Positions 59,139 to 64,000 of a stretch of 64,000 bases of DNA are shown here, piece by piece (position 1 is the first letter of the stretch; each line of letters opens with the position of its first letter). This DNA is from a virus. The stretch lies in IMG/VR virus record IMGVR_UViG_3300034198_006385, positions 1 through 64,000 of that record; one strand, written 5' to 3'. The notes beneath the pieces were generated by a model. That model was not told the origin of the DNA. It searched no databases and saw nothing but the letters and a program-made list of their open reading frames with translations. A program made the position numbers and the translations under genes.

Positions 59139-59294
59139 TTAATCTTCTTCGTGTTGTTGCATTAATTCTTGGGCTGCTTCAAATCCTTCCCAATTATCAA
59201 CACCAACTTCTACTAGACAATTAAGAAAAATTGAATCATTAAGTAGTTCGTTGTATTCTTCTAGGGTGATAGTGATTGTTGGTTTTTCTGTCAT
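59139..59294 (-). CDS. Small acidic protein with GVDNW.G motif (51 aa, not in the ORF track)
   Basis: MTEKPTITITLEEYNELLNDSIFLNCLVEVGVDNWEGFEAAQELMQQHEED fills the gap between neighbours. Confidence 0.7.
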   Translation of the reverse strand: MTEKPTITITLEEYNELLNDSIFLNCLVEVGVDNWEGFEAAQELMQQHEED

Positions 59295-59549
59295 TTATTT
59301 ATATCCCATATTTTTTAGCATTCTAGCAATAAGATTCCACACATGCAAGTTTAATCGTGGATAATTCTTGACTGATCCAGTTCTATTGGTTTTCTCTTGG
59401 ATCAGTGCATCATCTTTACCACGATACGTTACGCCTGCATAATTACCTTTTTGTGAAGTTCCAGTTCCATCATTATAAAGTTTCATTTTAGCAATTTCTG
59501 TAACTTTACCAGTGATGGCGGAATGTAATTCAACCGTTATTATTAGCAT
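59295..59549 (-). CDS. Conserved phage hypothetical protein
   Basis: M..IT.EL, I/L.NDGTG....GNY, V..YPR....VW.L. Confidence 0.6.
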   Translation of the reverse strand: MLIITVELHSAITGKVTEIAKMKLYNDGTGTSQKGNYAGVTYRGKDDALIQEKTNRTGSVKNYPRLNLHVWNLIARMLKNMGYK

Positions 59550-59766
59550 TTTTCTCTAATTCATCAATTTTATTTGATACTATTTTTAAATGCTCAGTAT
59601 TAAAATTTTCGATTTTAGCGATCATGGCATCCATAGAATTTTCAAATTCTATATCTCGTGTTTCGCTATGATTTTTTACATATTCATATTCACCCATAAT
59701 ATGACCATATTCATAAGACAAATTAATTAAATTAACGATTAATTCTTTAAAAGTCATTTTATACAT
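59530..59766 (-). CDS. Hypothetical protein
   Basis: Overlapping operon ORF. Confidence 0.45.
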   Translation of the reverse strand: MYKMTFKELIVNLINLSYEYGHIMGEYEYVKNHSETRDIEFENSMDAMIAKIENFNTEHLKIVSNKIDELEKNANNNG

Positions 59767-60004
59767 CCTTTGTTAAATGATCAATAATGGTATGCCCGAC
59801 AATTTCATCATCCATATTCATTCCTGATTGTTCGGCAATATGCATCAGAAGATCACATGCATCAGGAATATCATAAAATATAATACCTTCATTTACAACA
59901 GCATCAGCAATTTGAATGAGAGGAATTAGCCATTCTCTATACATGTCTAATTCCCGCCGTGTGTCATTATAGCTATTCATCCAATATTCAATATTATGTA
60001 CCAA
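59759..60004 (-). CDS. Hypothetical protein
   Basis: Overlapping operon ORF. Confidence 0.45.
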   Translation of the reverse strand: MVHNIEYWMNSYNDTRRELDMYREWLIPLIQIADAVVNEGIIFYDIPDACDLLMHIAEQSGMNMDDEIVGHTIIDHLTKDV

Positions 60005-60182
60005 TGTTTAAAACCTTCAGTAGTTCTCTTGCTAATTTAATTTCTGCTTCATAAACACCATCATCATAACCATCTTCATATGTAACTCTATATGAATGTT
60101 CATATGGGTTAGGAATTTTATTGGCACGTTTTCTAATCAATTCGATATATTCATCTGAAATATAATGTAATCTTAACATCAC
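59994..60182 (-). CDS. Hypothetical protein
   Basis: Start probably at the GTG/ATG overlapping the upstream stop; YEDGYDDG motif. Confidence 0.45.
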   Translation of the reverse strand: MMLRLHYISDEYIELIRKRANKIPNPYEHSYRVTYEDGYDDGVYEAEIKLARELLKVLNIGT

Positions 60183-60547
60183 ATACCTGCCCCATTCAGA
60201 AAACACATTACACCAAGATATGGTGTCCAACAAGCAATAGGCTCGCCCATTAAATTTTCTCGTGGTTCTAAAATTCTTGATGGAGGAACAGTTACCCACT
60301 CATTTGTTCCATATTTAAATTGATTACTATCCGTAAAAATCTGTAACTTATCACCATATACACGAATTTTTACAGGACGACAATCAGAAGTATCACAACA
60401 TGAAATATCTGTCCCTGGAATTTTAAGTGATTTAAAAAATGGTCCCATTGCGGGATCGGCATTTTCTGGTGGTGTTGCCATTACAGGAACGGTCAACATA
60501 AATGTCATCACAGTTGCATATAAAATTTTTCTCATTGCTTCCTTCAA
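60179..60547 (-). CDS. Secreted Cys-rich protein
   Basis: Signal peptide, SCC..SDC.PV, W..VP, C.....V.CF..G; resembles alphaproteobacterial hypotheticals. Confidence 0.65.
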   Translation of the reverse strand: MKEAMRKILYATVMTFMLTVPVMATPPENADPAMGPFFKSLKIPGTDISCCDTSDCRPVKIRVYGDKLQIFTDSNQFKYGTNEWVTVPPSRILEPRENLMGEPIACWTPYLGVMCFLNGAGM

Positions 60548-60573
60548 TTTAAATTAAAATTTTTTAATTTTAA

Positions 60574-60646
60574 TGCGCGCACTAGGATTTGAACGCAGAA
60601 TCAATCGGTTATGAGCCGACAGCTTTGCCAATTAAGCTATACGCGC
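60574..60646 (-). tRNA. tRNA with CAT anticodon (Met or Ile2), partly degenerate
   Basis: Acceptor GCGCGTA/TGCGCGC, loop CT-CAT-AA; T-stem has a C-C mismatch and the 3' end reads ATTA instead of ACCA. Confidence 0.7.
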
Positions 60647-60685
60647 CTAATAATTATTTTTCAAACAATACCTTAAAAATTAATA

Positions 60686-60745
60686 TTTCGAACCTTCGCA
60701 TGATAGATTCAAAATCTATTGCCTTACCGCTTAGATATACTCTTT
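60686..60745 (-). pseudogene. Truncated tRNA-Gln(TTG) remnant
   Basis: AAGCGGTAAGGC D-loop, perfect ATAGA-TT TTG AA-TCTAT arm, GGTTCGAA; no 3' T-stem or acceptor strand. Confidence 0.7.
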
Positions 60746-60758
60746 CAAAATATTTTAG

Positions 60759-60835
60759 TGGTCCGCATGGCCGGATTCGAACCAGCAACCTACAGATTAG
60801 AAATCTGTTGCACTGTCCAGTTGTGCTACATGCGG
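60759..60835 (-). tRNA. tRNA-Arg(TCT)
   Basis: Acceptor CCGCATG/CATGCGG, ACAGA-TT TCT AA-TCTGT, GGTTCGAATCC, CCA encoded. Confidence 0.93.
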
Positions 60836-60846
60836 TTATTGAGAGG

Positions 60847-60875
60847 AATCTACTATCTATGCGTCATTCTGTCAA
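60847..60875 (-). promoter_or_regulatory. Sigma70-like promoter for the tRNA cluster
   Basis: TTGACA-17 nt-TAGATT just upstream of tRNA-Arg. Confidence 0.65.
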
Positions 60876-61087
60876 CATGGTTTTTCAGGTTCTTCATATT
60901 TCACCATAGCTTGTGTTACCACAAACGCACCGTTATGAGCAAGTTCATGCTTAAATCCACCAAAAGGTTGATAATCAGCGGCGATATAATTATTTATAAT
61001 AGTTTCTAAATTAATTAAACAATCATTTAAACTTCTACTTGAAATATAGTAAGCAATTTTATAATCAATAATTTTTCGCATAATCAA
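60872..61087 (-). CDS. Small DUF1737-like hypothetical protein
   Basis: Y.I, L...IN..I...YQP.GG, QAMVKY. Confidence 0.5.
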   Translation of the reverse strand: MIMRKIIDYKIAYYISSRSLNDCLINLETIINNYIAADYQPFGGFKHELAHNGAFVVTQAMVKYEEPEKPC

Positions 61088-61428
61088 ATTTTTCTTCCAA
61101 GAGTTTTTGCGTCAGTTTCGTTAGTGATATATTGTAATGGACCCTTTGAATAAAGGGGTGCTACACGGCCCTGTAGGCGTCGCACAGCGGCTTTAACATG
61201 TTCAGGCTCAGTGTGTAGGTTAGCTAGAATACCACGCGCCTGACAAGTTTCTTTATATGATTCTAGAGGTTCCATGAATTGTTTATTTTCAATCTTAATT
61301 GTTGGTGTTGTTTGCTCTTTCACAAATTTATATGTTTTCTTGCGTGCTTTGATTTGATCGGGATGTGCGCCCATCTTACGAAGAAATTTATCATGTTCTC
61401 GCTGCAACTGTTCCAATTTTCTAGACAT
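61084..61428 (-). CDS. Conserved basic phage protein
   Basis: H..FLRKMG.HP.Q, AP.Y.KG..QYI; ATG 61428 after SD AGGA. Confidence 0.6.
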   Translation of the reverse strand: MSRKLEQLQREHDKFLRKMGAHPDQIKARKKTYKFVKEQTTPTIKIENKQFMEPLESYKETCQARGILANLHTEPEHVKAAVRRLQGRVAPLYSKGPLQYITNETDAKTLGRKI

Positions 61429-61499
61429 TAAAAATCCTATCACTACGATGTTTTCTCGTCTTACCCCAAAAAAACATGCATAGCAAATGAAAAATGTTA

Positions 61500-61528
61500 T
61501 TGACAATCTCAAAGAAACACCATATACT
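61500..61528 (+). promoter_or_regulatory. Sigma70-like promoter for the GT/clamp operon
   Basis: TTGACA-17 nt-TATACT. Confidence 0.75.
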
Positions 61529-61670
61529 TGCAGTGTTGCAAAAAAAAAAAGAAATAAACAATAACTGATCATTCACCGTTACAAGAATGATAGATAATGT
61601 AATATGGGTAAAATGAGTGAATTGAAATTTCCCATAAATTGCAAATAATAATGAAAAGGAATAAATAATT

Positions 61671-62510
61671 ATGCAAATTAATATTACCGTAGAAGAATTA
61701 CAAAAAAGAAAACTTTTCGTAGCAAGTCCGATGTATGCTGGGCAATGTGCAGGATTATATGCACGATCCATTGCAGATTTAACTGGATTATGTGTAAAAT
61801 ATGGCATTGAAATGAAATTTTATGCACTTTTCAATGAATCATTAATTACTAGGGCAAGAAATTATTGTGTAGATGAATTTCTTCGTAGTGATTATAGCCA
61901 TCTTTTATTTCTTGATAGTGATATTGGCTTTAATGCAAATGATGTAATTGCAATGCTTGCTCTACAATCAGATGAATCGGAATATGATATTCTTGCTGCC
62001 CCATATCCAAAAAAATGTATTAGTTGGGAAAAAATTAAACAAGCAGTAGATAAAGGTTTAGCAGATGACAATCCAGCAATTTTAGAAAAATTTGTTGGAG
62101 ATTATGTATTTAATCCTGTTGCTAATACAAATCAAATTGCATTAAATGAGCCAGCAGAAATTATGGAAACTGGAACTGGTTTTATGATGATTAAAAGAAA
62201 ATTATTTGCAGAATACGATATGGCGTATCCTCAATACAAATATAAACCAGATCATGTTCGTAGTGACCATTTTGATGGTAGTCGCGAAATTATGGCATAT
62301 TTTGATTGTATTATTGATCCAGATTCTAAACGCTATTTGTCAGAAGATTATATGTTTTGCCAAAATGTTCGCAAAATGGGTGGAAAAGTTTGGCTTTGCC
62401 CCTGGATTTCTACACAACATGTTGGTATGTATGTATTCGGCGGGTCTCTCGCTGATCTTGCATCAATTGGAGCGTCAGCAACCGTTGATATAGATAAAAT
62501 CAAAAAATAA
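61671..62510 (+). CDS. GT-A fold glycosyltransferase-like protein
   Basis: A.PMY.G.C, NESLITRARN, LF.DSDI (DxD), YPKK, GTGFM.I.R, RYLSEDY.FC. Confidence 0.75.
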   Translation: MQINITVEELQKRKLFVASPMYAGQCAGLYARSIADLTGLCVKYGIEMKFYALFNESLITRARNYCVDEFLRSDYSHLLFLDSDIGFNANDVIAMLALQSDESEYDILAAPYPKKCISWEKIKQAVDKGLADDNPAILEKFVGDYVFNPVANTNQIALNEPAEIMETGTGFMMIKRKLFAEYDMAYPQYKYKPDHVRSDHFDGSREIMAYFDCIIDPDSKRYLSEDYMFCQNVRKMGGKVWLCPWISTQHVGMYVFGGSLADLASIGASATVDIDKIKK

Positions 62511-62521
62511 AGGCTTATAAT

Positions 62522-62794
62522 ATGATTGACTCTAATAAAATAAATAATATTATTGAGGAATATAAAACAAAAACAATTACTAATGATGAATATGGTATGT
62601 ATTTAAAAGATACCATTTCATCATTAATTGATTTTTCTATTAAAATGACAACAATTTCTGCTATTTCTTCTAATATTTCAAAAGAAAGATTTGATATTTT
62701 AGATAAAATTTATGTAAATGAAACAGTAGAATTAATGGGTCTATTGCAAATTGTTAGAGATGGAATTAATTCGATTATTGATGATAAGGTTTAA
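62522..62794 (+). CDS. Hypothetical protein
   Basis: ORF in operon. Confidence 0.45.
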   Translation: MIDSNKINNIIEEYKTKTITNDEYGMYLKDTISSLIDFSIKMTTISAISSNISKERFDILDKIYVNETVELMGLLQIVRDGINSIIDDKV

Positions 62795-62796
62795 TT

Positions 62797-63027
62797 ATGT
62801 ATAATGAAAAAAATATTGTTCAAGCAATGAGATTATTTTCTGATATTTCCACTGCATATGTGGAAGAACTTAAAAATTATTCTGAACAAATGGCTCTATT
62901 AGATGAAGATAGTTTAACTGAATATTGTGAAAAATATTCGGATGAAATTGATGAATTGATGAAAAAAACATCATATATTAAAAAATTAGTTGATTTTCTT
63001 CAAAATAGCGAATCTACAATTCATTAA
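62797..63027 (+). CDS. Hypothetical protein
   Basis: ORF in operon. Confidence 0.45.
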   Translation: MYNEKNIVQAMRLFSDISTAYVEELKNYSEQMALLDEDSLTEYCEKYSDEIDELMKKTSYIKKLVDFLQNSESTIH

Positions 63028-63047
63028 ATTAAATAAGAAATAATATT

Positions 63048-63716
63048 ATGAAAATTAGTAAAAAACTACGTGCAATTCTATCTAGTTATTCTATTATTAA
63101 TCCAGGTATAATGTTTAAAGAAGGAAATATACTATCAACTATTTCTCCTCTTAATACTATTATGTCAACATGTGTTATTGATACTACATGTCCACAAGAT
63201 TTTTGTATTTCTAATCTATCAGAATTTATTAATATTATTAGTATTATTTCAGATAATCACGAAATTACATTTAATGATTATCAAATGATTATTAATTCTG
63301 GTAAATCTATAATCAAATATACTCTTGCTGATCCAGATACTATTACGTATTCTGGTTACGATGAACCTGTATTTGATAATACATTAACATCATTTATGCT
63401 TGATTCTTTTGATCTTTCTGCAATTATTAAAGCATCTAGTATTTTAAAATCATCAGAAATTTTAATAAAAGGTAATAGTAAAGGTATTACTATTACCTCA
63501 GGTAAATTAAAAGAAAAATCTGCTAGTAGATTTACTAAGAAAATTGATGATATTTTAATTGAACCACGTATTGAATTTGAACGCATATTTAATCTTGATA
63601 ATTTAAAAATTATTGATGGAACATATAGAATTACACTACCCGATGATCCTTTTATGGAAATGATTTCTACAAATGAAGAAAATCAAATGAAATATTGGAT
63701 TGTTGCATCTGAATAA
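63048..63716 (+). CDS. gp45: DNA polymerase sliding clamp gp45
   Basis: MK.S.....L.....IN..I.F..GN.L.T, F.I..L.EF, Y..ADP, NLK...G.Y, YWI..E. Confidence 0.9.
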   Translation: MKISKKLRAILSSYSIINPGIMFKEGNILSTISPLNTIMSTCVIDTTCPQDFCISNLSEFINIISIISDNHEITFNDYQMIINSGKSIIKYTLADPDTITYSGYDEPVFDNTLTSFMLDSFDLSAIIKASSILKSSEILIKGNSKGITITSGKLKEKSASRFTKKIDDILIEPRIEFERIFNLDNLKIIDGTYRITLPDDPFMEMISTNEENQMKYWIVASE

Positions 63717-63740
63717 AAAATAATTAATGAGGTTTATATA

Positions 63741-64000
63741 ATGGAAAATATTGCAAATTTTGTTTGGACATTTAAATATGCTCCGCAAAAATTAAACGAA
63801 TGTATTCTACCTTCTTCTATTAAAGAAAATATTAAAACAATTATTTCGCGTGGGGCCGCTCAGAATATGATTCTTACTGGTCCCGCAGGATGTGGTAAAA
63901 CCACTATAGCAAAAATGATTGTAAAAGAAATGGGTGCGGATTGTCTTTTTATCAATGCTTCAATGAATGGAAATATTGATACTCTTAGAACAGATATTAA
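63741..64000 (+). CDS. gp44: Clamp loader ATPase gp44, N-terminal part (runs off the window)
   Basis: MENIANFVWTFKYAPQKLNECILP...ILTGPAGCGKTT...INAS..GNIDTLR. Confidence 0.92.
   Translation, partial: MENIANFVWTFKYAPQKLNECILPSSIKENIKTIISRGAAQNMILTGPAGCGKTTIAKMIVKEMGADCLFINASMNGNIDTLRTDI

Noticed and set aside
60759-60835. tRNA-Arg read as an amber suppressor because its loop contains CTA
   Set aside because: The 7-nt loop TTTCTAA centres on TCT within a perfect 5-bp stem
60589-61009. Plus-strand ORFs 60589-60909 and 60719-61009
   Set aside because: Antisense shadows of tRNA genes
61421-61807. Minus-strand ORF and the long N-terminal extension of 61084-61572
   Set aside because: They span a promoter region and run antisense to the GT gene; a better SD-supported start exists at 61428
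1-64000. Genome-wide stop-codon reassignment (TAG)
   Set aside because: Long genes are intact in code 11, and TAG ends gp7, gp5N and gp26 at sensible positions; only one internal TAG was noticed

Overview
AT-rich segment of a large T4-like (contractile-tailed) phage genome using the standard genetic code. The host is probably an alphaproteobacterium, inferred weakly from the compact NrdA, RlpA, GTA-type holin and a Cys-rich secreted protein. 1-24 kb: baseplate/tail module (split DUF4815 protein, gp8, gp7, gp6, gp25, split gp5, hub, gp53, gp48, gp4, gp54, gp26, gp51, tape-measure-like). 24-29.4 kb: nucleotide-sugar cassette (DdhC/RfbH, split YerE-like ThDP enzyme, SDR reductase, glycosyltransferase) coupled behind gp32. 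29.4-34.9 kb: gp32, gp59, gp33, exonuclease, PhoH, metalloprotease, deaminase. 34.9-41.5 kb: late/virion genes and holin. 41.5-51.4 kb: primase, intein-containing ThyX, NrdAB, dCMP deaminase, GT4, endonuclease II-like, glutaredoxin. 51.4-61.5 kb: accessory region (SpoU, RlpA, vWA, tandem AdoMetDC paralogues, kinase-like protein, tRNAs, candidate ncRNA). 61.7-64 kb: GT-A protein, sliding clamp, partial clamp loader. Top leads: a phage-encoded yersiniose-type branched-sugar/glycosylation system, a G/GT-like -1 frameshift joining gp26 to gp51, a structured non-coding element behind a coiled-coil gene, and a kinase-like protein with a capsid-targeting-like leader. All family calls are by-eye motif recognition; no database searches were run.
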